DNA of 43,282 nucleotides, taken from positions 1 to 43,282 of IMG/VR virus record IMGVR_UViG_3300003690_000021; one strand, 5' to 3'. Position numbers and translations under genes: made by a program. The stretch's first letter is position 1, and each line of letters begins with the position of its first letter. Below are positions 30,905-39,663 of this stretch, in pieces. The notes under the pieces were generated by a model. The model was not told the origin of the DNA. It saw only the letters and a program-made list of their open reading frames with translations, and searched no databases. The DNA is from a virus.

Positions 30905-31822
30905 ATGGCGACCCAGGAACTAAAGAACAGGCTGCGAAACGCGCTCCGCGAGCCTAAATTCTCGCAGGAATTGGTGAATCTCATTGAGCGCACGACCGGA
31001 TCGATCTTCTATGTGGATTCGGTTGACGGTAGCGCGAGCAACACCGGGAAGGCGTCGGACGAAGCTCTTGTCACACTCGACGCTGCTATCGGTAAGTGCA
31101 CGGCGAGCAAGGGTGACATCATCGTTCTCATGCCCAAACATGCGGAGACAATCTCGGCCGCATCGGCGATCGACTTCGACGTGGTAGGGATCACCGTTAT
31201 CGGGCTCGGTGAGGGCACCGACCGACCGACGATTACGCTCGACAATACGGCCGCGACCATCGTAATCGACGCTGCAAACACGAAGATAAAGAACGTCCAC
31301 TTCATCAACACGGTGGACGCGCTTGTGGTCGCGTTCGATGTAAACGCAGCTCATTTCACCATCGAGAGCTGCATCTTCGATGACGCAACGGCTGCGGAGC
31401 AGACGATCGTGTGGTTCATCTGCGATGCCAATGCTGACTATTTCACTGTGCGTGATTGCACGCACCACGGCAGCGACACCGCGGGTAGCACGGCTTGGAT
31501 CACGCTCAATGGTAACGATCACGTTGTCATCGAGGGCTGCACGAGCCACGGTGATTTCAGTGCTGCCAACATCCGGGTCGTCACGGCGGCTTGCACTGAT
31601 CTTCTCATCACGAAGAACCATCTGGAGAACGCGAACGCGGTCGATGTCTGCATTGAGCTTTACTCGGCTGTTACTGGGTGGGTGAGCTATAACTCCATCC
31701 GTATCGCCACGGACGGGCAGTTGACGGGAATCAACACTCCCGGCAACACGGGTCTGTTCGAGAACTATCAGGTGAACAACAATGGTGAGACTGGTGTGCT
31801 CGTCGGTACAGCGAGCAGCTAG
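30905..31822 (+). CDS. Right-handed beta-helix (pectate-lyase-like) structural protein
   Basis: IFYVDSVDGSASNTGKASDEALVTLDAAIGKCTASKGDIIVL matches the N-terminal cap typical of beta-helix proteins. Repeated V/I-x-x-N/D rungs follow. Confidence 0.55.
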   Translation: MATQELKNRLRNALREPKFSQELVNLIERTTGSIFYVDSVDGSASNTGKASDEALVTLDAAIGKCTASKGDIIVLMPKHAETISAASAIDFDVVGITVIGLGEGTDRPTITLDNTAATIVIDAANTKIKNVHFINTVDALVVAFDVNAAHFTIESCIFDDATAAEQTIVWFICDANADYFTVRDCTHHGSDTAGSTAWITLNGNDHVVIEGCTSHGDFSAANIRVVTAACTDLLITKNHLENANAVDVCIELYSAVTGWVSYNSIRIATDGQLTGINTPGNTGLFENYQVNNNGETGVLVGTASS

Positions 31823-31872
31823 TAAGAACTTAGGGTAACCAACCTCAAGAGGGCGGAAAGCCAAGGGGGAGT

Positions 31873-32562
31873 ATGATGAGTGGAGGGTCACACGGTATTT
31901 ACAGGACCCCAGTGATGGGCGTCGTGGGGATGGACGACCGCAACATCGAAGGTCAGTTCATGGACCTGCACGTCAATCGCCAGGGAGCACTCGTAACCAT
32001 CGACACAGTGTTGCAATGGGCGCTTGAGGGCCGGACTTTCCATGCTCAGCAGGGTAACGCAGCGACGTTGGTCGACCTCGTCGAAGTGGCGTATGATGAG
32101 GATCAACCGCAGTTCGCGCTTCGGGTGCCGACTGGTGTCACGGCGATTCCGCTTTCGATTGCTCTGAATTTCCAGGACCAGGCGGGTACAAACACGCACG
32201 TCATTGTGTCCACTACGACTAACGACATCGGTGCGGGTACGTCGACGTCGCTCACCGAAAGCGCGATGAGGAGTGACGCGCCGCACGCGGCTCAGTGCAT
32301 TGCTCAGAGTTTGTACACGGGCAACGCAACGGCCGCAACGGGATTGATCGAGATCGCCCGAGTGATTGATCCGTTCGTGGCGACAGCGGCCGGGCGTCTG
32401 CCTGGGTTCCGCTGGAGCATTCGCGAAGTGGCCGCCATCCCGATCCTGGTCGGGCCGGCATCGCTCACAGTCCACGCGGTCTCGACTACAGACGGGCCGG
32501 AAGGCTTCGCCGAGTACGTGTGGGCCGAGTTCCCGACGCCTGACCTGGTCAGGAAGGTCTAG
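31873..32562 (+). CDS. Hypothetical structural protein
   Basis: 229 aa, GGGGGAG SD, beta-rich, in the structural operon. Confidence 0.5.
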   Translation: MMSGGSHGIYRTPVMGVVGMDDRNIEGQFMDLHVNRQGALVTIDTVLQWALEGRTFHAQQGNAATLVDLVEVAYDEDQPQFALRVPTGVTAIPLSIALNFQDQAGTNTHVIVSTTTNDIGAGTSTSLTESAMRSDAPHAAQCIAQSLYTGNATAATGLIEIARVIDPFVATAAGRLPGFRWSIREVAAIPILVGPASLTVHAVSTTDGPEGFAEYVWAEFPTPDLVRKV

Positions 32563-32567
32563 GTCAA

Positions 32568-33128
32568 GTGCTGAAGGCTGGTATACGACACAGTGCGCGC
32601 GTCTCTCGGGAAGCTGGGAGGCGCGCGCCTGTGGAGTACCGTGATGCTGTCGAGTTGTGGGCGCGCGAGCGCGGTGGGCACGCGAGTCTCAAGTGGATGT
32701 CCGACCCGATGAACTGCTGGGCCGTTGTGCTCAGCTACAAGGTTGGGGATCCCAGGCAAAGCAGTCCAGAGGATGGCGAGCCTGTGCTCATGCACGACTG
32801 GAAGGACGCAAAGTGGTGGGGCAAGTATCACCCGGAACGTGCGAAGCGGCACCATCGTAGCAACCAGATCATGCCGTGTGCCTACGCTTATGATCTGGAC
32901 GAGCTAGGCGTTAGCGGTATGCTGGAGCGACTCGATCGCGGCAACATCTTGAGTGGTCGCGGTCAGTTCGGTAGCGCCGAAGAGGCTGGCCGCACCCAGG
33001 TTGAGAAGTTCAGGGATGAGAAACACAAGAGACGACGTAGTAAGCGCGACGACGTCGACCATCGCAGTCGACAGATGCGTAGACGACTGCTCAAGATCCC
33101 GTTCCTCCCGGTCGGAATACAGTTCTGA
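32568..33128 (+). CDS. Hypothetical protein with basic C-terminus
   Basis: GTG start, 186 aa, with a KHKRRRSKRDD...RRRLLK tail. Confidence 0.45.
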   Translation: MLKAGIRHSARVSREAGRRAPVEYRDAVELWARERGGHASLKWMSDPMNCWAVVLSYKVGDPRQSSPEDGEPVLMHDWKDAKWWGKYHPERAKRHHRSNQIMPCAYAYDLDELGVSGMLERLDRGNILSGRGQFGSAEEAGRTQVEKFRDEKHKRRRSKRDDVDHRSRQMRRRLLKIPFLPVGIQF

Positions 33129-33148
33129 TTTTAAGGAGAAGAGAACAC

Positions 33149-33685
33149 ATGAGTCCAGGTAGCCAAGTAGACCGTATGCCGACCACGAAGATCCGGTTGC
33201 CGAGTCTGGTACCGCCACGTGGATCGAAGCCGATTGGCATAGACGAATCGAGCGGCAAGGTCATCTACACGATGGAGATGCTCGATGTACAGGCCATGAA
33301 GGCGGCCAAACGTCAGCGTGTCGATAGTAATGGCAGACCGGTTTTCAAGAAGCACCCGACGACAGGTGAGGAGATATATCCGATCCTAGAGATGCCGAAA
33401 CCGATCTTCCGCACGAAGCGGTTCGTGCTGCACGCCACCGCGAGCCAGAAGGTCAAGATGATTGAGGGCTTCGAGGAGACCGTAGCCGAGATCTCGGAGC
33501 GCACGAACCGCAAGAGGGTCGCCAACTTCGCTCACGATCTAGCGAACGAAGCTGTCCGTCGTGGATTCGCTAACGCGAGCGAGATGATGGATGAGTTGTT
33601 CAAGGATTCCGTTCAGAGTACTGAGCTACAGCAAACGGTTTTTGAGGCGGATGAGCCGAAGGATAAGAAAAAGAGTAGGCGATGA
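33149..33685 (+). CDS. Hypothetical structural protein
   Basis: AAGGAG SD, 178 aa. Confidence 0.5.
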   Translation: MSPGSQVDRMPTTKIRLPSLVPPRGSKPIGIDESSGKVIYTMEMLDVQAMKAAKRQRVDSNGRPVFKKHPTTGEEIYPILEMPKPIFRTKRFVLHATASQKVKMIEGFEETVAEISERTNRKRVANFAHDLANEAVRRGFANASEMMDELFKDSVQSTELQQTVFEADEPKDKKKSRR

Positions 33686-34398
33686 GCGTTCTGACCAATC
33701 GCGCACTGTTGCTGGACGAGTTCTTCAGGCTCGTGGATGCTGACATCACTGACGACAGCATGATCGAACACGATCCGACGGCCGGTGATGGGGCGTACAT
33801 ACTTTTGCAGGCCGGGTGCTTTGACGCGCAGCTCTATCTGATCAGCTGCGGGGCCGGCAGCCGATGGGCGAAGACGACGTCGGCGCTCACGTTCACCGGT
33901 GCTGACCCTGACAGATACGTTGCACTACCGTCGGATTTTCTGAGGCTTGAGTCGGATCACGAGCGCTCGGGGCTCAGGACCACGGCTGGTGTCGCCTGGG
34001 GCAGAGAGATCCCGTTCCGGAATAGGTTCGACTTCCACGGGAACCACTTCTACATGCGTGGCAATGAAGCGGCGAGCGGCTCGGAGGGCCAGCTCAGGCT
34101 CTACGTCGTCCGTGGTGCGGCGCCGCTTTCTGGGATGGTTGCCGACTACATCTACAAGCATGCCACACTCGCGGACGCGACAACGATCGACTTCGATTCG
34201 GCTGACCGGCAAATGATCCCGGCGTTTGCTGCGGTGCGCGCGTCCCATCAGTCGTGGTACAGCGGTGACGGGGAAGATAAACAGGCGCTCCGCGAGAACC
34301 TGGCGTTCGTGAAACAACAGGCTTGGCAGCGCTCCAGATTCAGCGCTCAGCCGAAGATGATAAGGCCGCATGCCATGATGGGTGATCGTTGGTACTAG
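33682..34398 (+). CDS. Hypothetical head-tail joining/adaptor candidate
   Basis: ATGA coupling to the upstream gene, 238 aa. The call rests on its position just before the tail fibre gene. Confidence 0.4.
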   Translation: MSVLTNRALLLDEFFRLVDADITDDSMIEHDPTAGDGAYILLQAGCFDAQLYLISCGAGSRWAKTTSALTFTGADPDRYVALPSDFLRLESDHERSGLRTTAGVAWGREIPFRNRFDFHGNHFYMRGNEAASGSEGQLRLYVVRGAAPLSGMVADYIYKHATLADATTIDFDSADRQMIPAFAAVRASHQSWYSGDGEDKQALRENLAFVKQQAWQRSRFSAQPKMIRPHAMMGDRWY

Positions 34399-34477
34399 CT
34401 ATGAAGTTGGTAGGTCACGCCGACTAGTAGGAACATCCTGCGTCGTGGAGTGACCACCTGACGCTAAGGATAGACCG

Positions 34478-36952
34478 ATGGCAGCATTCGGTATCAAAGC
34501 GATCCAGCCGGAAGACAACGAACATATCCTCGGCTTCGCGACAGCGCGGGCGACGGCGGATATGTCATTGCTAGAAATCTGGAACGGGCCGACGTCCTCA
34601 GATCTTGTGCTTACGGTGGACAAGGCCGGCCAGCTGCAAGCCGCTAATGGTACGGTACTGAGACCTTCCTACGCGTTCGAGAACGCAAAGACGGATGGGC
34701 TCTACTACATCGGCACGAATAATCTGGGCTTTGCCGTGAATGCTGTGCTGATGATGGAGACGGCCACTTACGGGCTCGGCATCCAGAACGCCTACGGGCT
34801 AGTAGTGGGGCACACAGGGCAGCTTGTGACGGGCGACCCGAGTTCGCCGGGCACAGCGATAACGGCGGAGGTGCAGGTCGCGGGCACAGCAACTGCCGAT
34901 GCGACGGCGATGATAACCCGCCACAGTGCTGATGCGAACGCGGGCGGCATTACTATTTCCAAGTCGAGGAATGCGGCACTGGGCTCGTACACGGTCGTAC
35001 AGGACAACGACTACCTGGGTCACGTTGCATTCGCTGCTGACGACGGTACAGATACCAACACTACGGTAGCGCGGATCTCTGGCCGGGTAGACGATAGCTC
35101 ACCAGCGGGATCGGACATTGGTGGCGAACTCATCCTTGAGACGGGCTCGGGCGGAGGGGCGAACAATCTGGCCGCTGCGCTAACGCTTAGTGCGGCCAAA
35201 CTTGCGACGTTCACGGGCATTGTATCGACGACGGACGCCACGGAAGCGACCAATACTACCACGGCATCGCTCAAGACAGCGGGTGGTATTGCGTGGGTGA
35301 AGGACGCCTACGTCGGCGATGATATGTTTTTCACGTCCGGCGCGGTGCTGGACTTCAACAGTGCCGACATGACGGTCACCCACTCGTCCAACACTCTAAC
35401 CGTGGCCGGTGGGACGTGGGCGACCGCCGCGTTGACTGCCTCAACCGGTGTGTTCAGCGGCATCCTGAAGACGGATGATGCGACCCAGGCGACTTCGACG
35501 ACAGACGGCAGTCTCCAGACGGATGGGGGCCTGAGCGTCGTCAAGAATGCTGTCATCACAACGATGACGTTAGCTACCGGGTCGATCACCGATTCCAGCG
35601 GCGCGATCAGCTTCGGCAACGAGAACCTGACCACGACCGGTACACTGGCGTCGGGCGCGCTGACCGTGACCGGTGCCGTGCTCGTGAACACAAACGACGG
35701 CGGCGCGCTAGGAGCGAGTGGCACTGGCTGGTCTGATCTGTTTCTCGCGTCTGGTGCTGTTGTGGACTTCAATGCCGGCGATGTTACGCTGACGCACAGC
35801 TCGAACACGCTAACGGTTGGTGGTGGCACGCTCGCGACTGGAGCGTTGACTTCGTCGACTGGCGTGTTCTCAGGGATCCTGAAGACGGACGACGCTACTG
35901 ACGCGAGCAGTGGCACTGACGGGTCACTTCAGACCGATGGTGGGCTCTCTGTCGTCAAGGCGGCGTGGATAGGCACTACCGTTACCGCTGACGCTTACCT
36001 GGCCTCTGCGAACGATTCTGGGGCGCTCGGTGCATCTGGAACGGGGTTCGCGGATTTGTTCTTAGCTAGTGATGCGGTCATCAACTTCAATGCTGGCGAT
36101 GTGACGATCACACATTCGGCGAACGTTCTGACTATTGGTGGGGGTGACACAAGTCTAGCGAATGGGTTCGGTCTGGTCATTGGTCACACAGCTTTAGTCG
36201 CTGTAGCTAATAGTGCCCCCGAAGTGGAGATTCTTGGTACGGGGGAAGCTGATTCCTGCTTGGTGGTGGGTAGATGGACTGATGGAGGTGACGCGGGATC
36301 AATCCGTTTCTATAAGTCGCGTGGGGGTAGCATCGGGGCACTAGCAACGGTCAACTCAGGTGACCAGCTGGGCGAAATTCATGCTTTCGGGGACGACGGT
36401 TCTGACCCTAATACCAAATCCAGCGCGATTATATTTGACACTGAGGGCACGGTAGGTGCGGGCCAGGTACCGGGCATCATCAAGTTGCAGGTGGCTGCTG
36501 CGGGGACGCTAGCTGACGCACTGACGGTTGCATCGAATAAAGCCGTATCATTCTCGTGTCCCAACACTGTTTCGGGGACGGGGTTGATGCTCACATCGAA
36601 CGATACTTCGGTACAAGAGGTCATGCGCGACAGCTCGTCGGCTCGCTTCAAGGAAGACATTGAGGACGCTAGGATTGATGTTAACGCGGTTCTCGAAATT
36701 AATGCCAAGGCATATAACAGAAAGGGTGCGCGCGGCCGTAATTTGGGCTTTATCGTCGAGGATTTCCACGACGCGGGATTCGGCGACATCATTGCATACG
36801 ACAAGGTAGGCCCTGCTGGTTTCCTAGAATTCGGGCGTGGCGTGACGGCACTGCATCACGCTGTCCTGCAATCGCATAACGACCGCATCGAGACGAACGA
36901 GGAGAAGATCGTTCGGTTAGAGGCCGAGGTCGCTGAACTGAGGGCTGTCTGA
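34478..36952 (+). CDS. Tail fibre/spike with C-terminal intramolecular chaperone (peptidase S74) domain
   Basis: The C-terminal 109 aa (36623-36949) read DSSSARFKEDIEDARID...LGFIVEDF...coiled coil, matching the S74 auto-cleaving chaperone pattern (S-x-x-R-x-K-x-x-I). The Gly/Thr/Ala-rich shaft contains three repeated modules. Confidence 0.8.
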   Translation: MAAFGIKAIQPEDNEHILGFATARATADMSLLEIWNGPTSSDLVLTVDKAGQLQAANGTVLRPSYAFENAKTDGLYYIGTNNLGFAVNAVLMMETATYGLGIQNAYGLVVGHTGQLVTGDPSSPGTAITAEVQVAGTATADATAMITRHSADANAGGITISKSRNAALGSYTVVQDNDYLGHVAFAADDGTDTNTTVARISGRVDDSSPAGSDIGGELILETGSGGGANNLAAALTLSAAKLATFTGIVSTTDATEATNTTTASLKTAGGIAWVKDAYVGDDMFFTSGAVLDFNSADMTVTHSSNTLTVAGGTWATAALTASTGVFSGILKTDDATQATSTTDGSLQTDGGLSVVKNAVITTMTLATGSITDSSGAISFGNENLTTTGTLASGALTVTGAVLVNTNDGGALGASGTGWSDLFLASGAVVDFNAGDVTLTHSSNTLTVGGGTLATGALTSSTGVFSGILKTDDATDASSGTDGSLQTDGGLSVVKAAWIGTTVTADAYLASANDSGALGASGTGFADLFLASDAVINFNAGDVTITHSANVLTIGGGDTSLANGFGLVIGHTALVAVANSAPEVEILGTGEADSCLVVGRWTDGGDAGSIRFYKSRGGSIGALATVNSGDQLGEIHAFGDDGSDPNTKSSAIIFDTEGTVGAGQVPGIIKLQVAAAGTLADALTVASNKAVSFSCPNTVSGTGLMLTSNDTSVQEVMRDSSSARFKEDIEDARIDVNAVLEINAKAYNRKGARGRNLGFIVEDFHDAGFGDIIAYDKVGPAGFLEFGRGVTALHHAVLQSHNDRIETNEEKIVRLEAEVAELRAV
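35213..36145 (+). repeat. Three diverged ~100-aa modules in the fibre shaft
   Basis: TG(V)FSGILKTDDAT.A...TDGSLQTDGGLSVVK and AV.DFNAGDVT.THSSNTLTVGGG each recur three times. The modules are diverged at the nucleotide level. Confidence 0.8.
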
Positions 36953-37039
36953 TGCCAATACGTCGTCCATCGGAGGCCAGTAACCAGAGGCGCACATTGG
37001 CCCAGATGTGCGATTACATCCACCGCCTCGCCTAGTAAT

Positions 37040-37504
37040 GTGGGCAGGCAAGAACGTCGCTTCCGCCGCAGGCAGAAGCTAAGGATGCCAAAACAGATGC
37101 GTGACATCACGATAACGAAGTTGGAGTTCGACGAGTTCCTATTTCCTTTCGTGACGAATTCTCAAGCCGAGAACGACAAGGAGCGCACGACGGCGACGGA
37201 CGTGCTCAAGTTACTGTCCGACGAAGAGTACACTGTCGAGGAGACGCTGAGTGACGAGTTGGTCACGAGAGCCGAGAAGCTCGACAAGCACCTGTGGCCT
37301 GGTCGTAAGCTCGCGACCGACGAGCATACATTCACGTTTGAGGAAGATGAGTATCGACTCGTCAGGAAGCGCCTCACCGACGCGGTGAAGGGCGTGAACA
37401 TTATCGCACTGGCGCATTTCTCGCCCCTGCTCGACAAGTTCAAGCAGGCCGAGAAGTACTCAGCGGGCGCGCCCGAGATCGTAGATAAGGAGGGCGTGGC
37501 GTAG
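37040..37504 (+). CDS. Hypothetical protein that carries the second copy of the 54-bp inverted repeat
   Basis: 154-aa ORF with an uncertain start (GTG 37040, ATG 37085 or ATG 37097). Confidence 0.45.
   Translation: MGRQERRFRRRQKLRMPKQMRDITITKLEFDEFLFPFVTNSQAENDKERTTATDVLKLLSDEEYTVEETLSDELVTRAEKLDKHLWPGRKLATDEHTFTFEEDEYRLVRKRLTDAVKGVNIIALAHFSPLLDKFKQAEKYSAGAPEIVDKEGVA
37235..37288. repeat. 54-bp inverted repeat, copy 2
   Basis: gtcgaggagacgctgagtgacgagTtggtcacgagagccgagaagctcgacaag. It is in frame and encodes VEETLSDELVTRAEKLDK. Confidence 0.9.
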
Positions 37505-37505
37505 C

Positions 37506-39167
37506 ATGGGACGACTCGCTGTCGAGCAGCAGCTCACGTTTGCGCGTGGCATGAACGACACTGCTGCGCCTACCGAGTATCGTGCAGATGAATGTGAGGA
37601 GATCACGAATGGGCGGGTGAGCTTTGACGGGCAGACGATACGCCGTCGCGGCGGCTCCGTGCAATTGCACTCGACAGCGCTAAATTCGGCAGCCGAATGT
37701 TTCGGGGCGATCGAGTACCACACGGCGGCTGGCGCCCAGCAACTGGTCGTCTTCATGGATGCGAAGATGTACACGTCGACCGACGAGGGCGTGAGTTGGG
37801 TCGAGCGTGCGAGTGGTCTCACCCAAGACCATTGGAGCCTGGTCATCATGCGTGAGGGTGCCGCGAACGTGCTCTGCGCGGCGAACGGTGGTACGAACAG
37901 CTATCAGTGGGACGGCTCTACCTGGGCGGCAATCAGTAATATCCCGGATAACGTGAAGTATCTAGCGGTCTTCGGGGATCGGCTCTGGGCAACGGGCCAC
38001 AGCGGCATCACGGTAGTTGCCAGTAAGGTCGGCGATATCGAGGTCTACGCGGCGCCGGACGGGATCTCGATACGCGCCCAGACCCACGACGGCGACACAG
38101 AGATGACAGGGCTCTACGCGATGGGCAGTGTGATGATGGCGTTCAAAGCGAACAGTACGGGCTACATTGAGGGTTTCGGCTTCAACACGCTCGAAGTCGA
38201 GACGGGCCCGCGCGGGTTGTCGCGCTCGGTTGGCTGTGTCGCGCATCGTACAATCCAGGCGGTCGGCAACCAAGGCATCATGTGGCTGAGCAAACGCGGG
38301 CTGGAGTATTACGAACTCGGTGGTCCGGTCACGCTCGTCAGTCGTCCGATTCAGAATTTCATGGATTCGGTAAATTTCAGCACAATCGACGGCGCCCGCG
38401 GCATCCCAGTCGCGATTTGGTGGCCGCAGCGGCACGAGTATTGGTGTGCGCTGCCGATCGGTACGGCGAAAAACGACAACGTCGTCGTCTACCGGCCACC
38501 GCACCTGGATCAGCCCCCGGCTCTGGTGATCCATGAGCACGCGGCGACGGACGACAACACGCTTTATGTGGATTCTAACGGCTATTTGGAGATGAGTACG
38601 AGTTCCGACCGCGATGAGGGTGATGTAGCGAACGGCTACCTGATCATCGCGCCGATCAGCGGCCAGTTTATGAAAGAGGACACGAGCGGGTATCTAGCGT
38701 TCGCGTCCGCTACACATGACCACGCGGCGCTGTTTATGGCGGACCTTGATAGTGAGGCGTTGACGACGACACCGCTCAGTGCTGGCTACGACGGCTTCGT
38801 GCGTCAACTAGAAAAAGGTGACACGGACAATGCGACAGCGGCCGGCGTGGCTGGCTCGGTGATTTCGTTCAAGATCCTGACGCGTCCGTTCCTGTTCGGT
38901 GATCCGGTGATGCGTAAGCGCGCTCGCCATGGCCGGGTGCTTAGCAAACAGACGGAAGCCGTGACGGTGACACTCAAGGCGGTTGTCGATGGCGTGGTAC
39001 AGAAAGCTCACACGTTGACCTATGCGGCAGCCACAAAGCCAGTGGCCGAGAAGGCGCGTCTGGGTGGCAGGGGCACCACGCAGCAACTAGAGATTACCTC
39101 GAACGACGACGTACTGATCTCCGTGGCGGAGATGAGCGCTGAGTTGCTGGGAGATGCGGGAAGATGA
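37506..39167 (+). CDS. Tail nozzle / tubular-protein-B-like structural protein (beta-propeller-like)
   Basis: The N-terminus FARGMNDTAAPTEYRADECEEITNGRVSFDGQTIRRRGG resembles the GG.SQQP...R......NG.....G..KRP opening of T7 gp12-type proteins. The rest is beta-rich and repetitive. Confidence 0.4.
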   Translation: MGRLAVEQQLTFARGMNDTAAPTEYRADECEEITNGRVSFDGQTIRRRGGSVQLHSTALNSAAECFGAIEYHTAAGAQQLVVFMDAKMYTSTDEGVSWVERASGLTQDHWSLVIMREGAANVLCAANGGTNSYQWDGSTWAAISNIPDNVKYLAVFGDRLWATGHSGITVVASKVGDIEVYAAPDGISIRAQTHDGDTEMTGLYAMGSVMMAFKANSTGYIEGFGFNTLEVETGPRGLSRSVGCVAHRTIQAVGNQGIMWLSKRGLEYYELGGPVTLVSRPIQNFMDSVNFSTIDGARGIPVAIWWPQRHEYWCALPIGTAKNDNVVVYRPPHLDQPPALVIHEHAATDDNTLYVDSNGYLEMSTSSDRDEGDVANGYLIIAPISGQFMKEDTSGYLAFASATHDHAALFMADLDSEALTTTPLSAGYDGFVRQLEKGDTDNATAAGVAGSVISFKILTRPFLFGDPVMRKRARHGRVLSKQTEAVTVTLKAVVDGVVQKAHTLTYAAATKPVAEKARLGGRGTTQQLEITSNDDVLISVAEMSAELLGDAGR

Positions 39168-39177
39168 GGTATGCGTA

Positions 39178-39660
39178 ATGGAAACGCCGGTACGACCTGG
39201 GCTACTCCGTCCGTCGAGAGTGATTTCTGTCGTGCCTGGACTTGGGAGCTTTTACATCTCAAGCGCGGCGCAGACGACTATCAGCACCGCTGGCACAGCA
39301 GTGAAAATGTCAGGTACGACTACAGCGATCAGCACAAGGCAGTTCGCTCACGCGAGCAACAGGCTGACTTACGAGGGACAACGCACGAGTCGCTTCATCA
39401 TTATGGCGGTGGTCAGCCTCGACGTGGCGAGTGCGGACGACATCATCAGCGTTCAGTTGTTCAAGAACGGATCGCTGATCACCGGATCAGAACAACGAAG
39501 CGACAACACGTCAGCGAAGCCGACGAACATTATGGTGATGATCGATACGACTCTTGCGGTAGGTGACTACGTGGAAATCTGGATCGAGAATGAAGATACG
39601 ACGGCGAATATTGACGTGACCCAGGCTTACATGACGATCCTTGGGATAATGGGGGAGTAA
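39178..39660 (+). CDS. Small beta-sandwich-like structural protein
   Basis: Start at METPVRP, with GAGG 7 nt upstream. Alternating beta pattern, ending ...GDYVEIWIENEDTTANIDV. Confidence 0.5.
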   Translation: METPVRPGLLRPSRVISVVPGLGSFYISSAAQTTISTAGTAVKMSGTTTAISTRQFAHASNRLTYEGQRTSRFIIMAVVSLDVASADDIISVQLFKNGSLITGSEQRSDNTSAKPTNIMVMIDTTLAVGDYVEIWIENEDTTANIDVTQAYMTILGIMGE

Positions 39661-39663
39661 GGT

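Noticed and set aside
30039-31891. Long antisense ORFs 30039-30830 (-) 263 aa and 30920-31891 (-) 323 aa. Others of the same kind are 6994-7704 (-), 18347-18976 (+), 21053-21601 (-), 35308-35916 (-) and 37962-38540 (-).
   Set aside because: Each lies entirely opposite a better-supported gene (capsid, beta-helix, endolysin, ArdC, fibre and so on). They have Arg/Pro/Ser/Gly-rich shadow-frame composition, lack SD sequences and break the operon logic. Long spurious ORFs of this kind are typical in GC-rich DNA.
35213-36145. A diversity-generating retroelement (template/variable repeat pair) in the tail fibre.
   Set aside because: No reverse transcriptase ORF is present. The three modules differ at all base types, not just at adenines, and all three lie within the shaft rather than at a C-terminal variable tip.
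36952-37038. A 28-aa ORF (MPIRRPSEASNQRRTLAQMCDYIHRLA) overlapping the fibre stop codon.
   Set aside because: It is too short to support without comparative or proteomic data, and it has no SD beyond the TGATG overlap.
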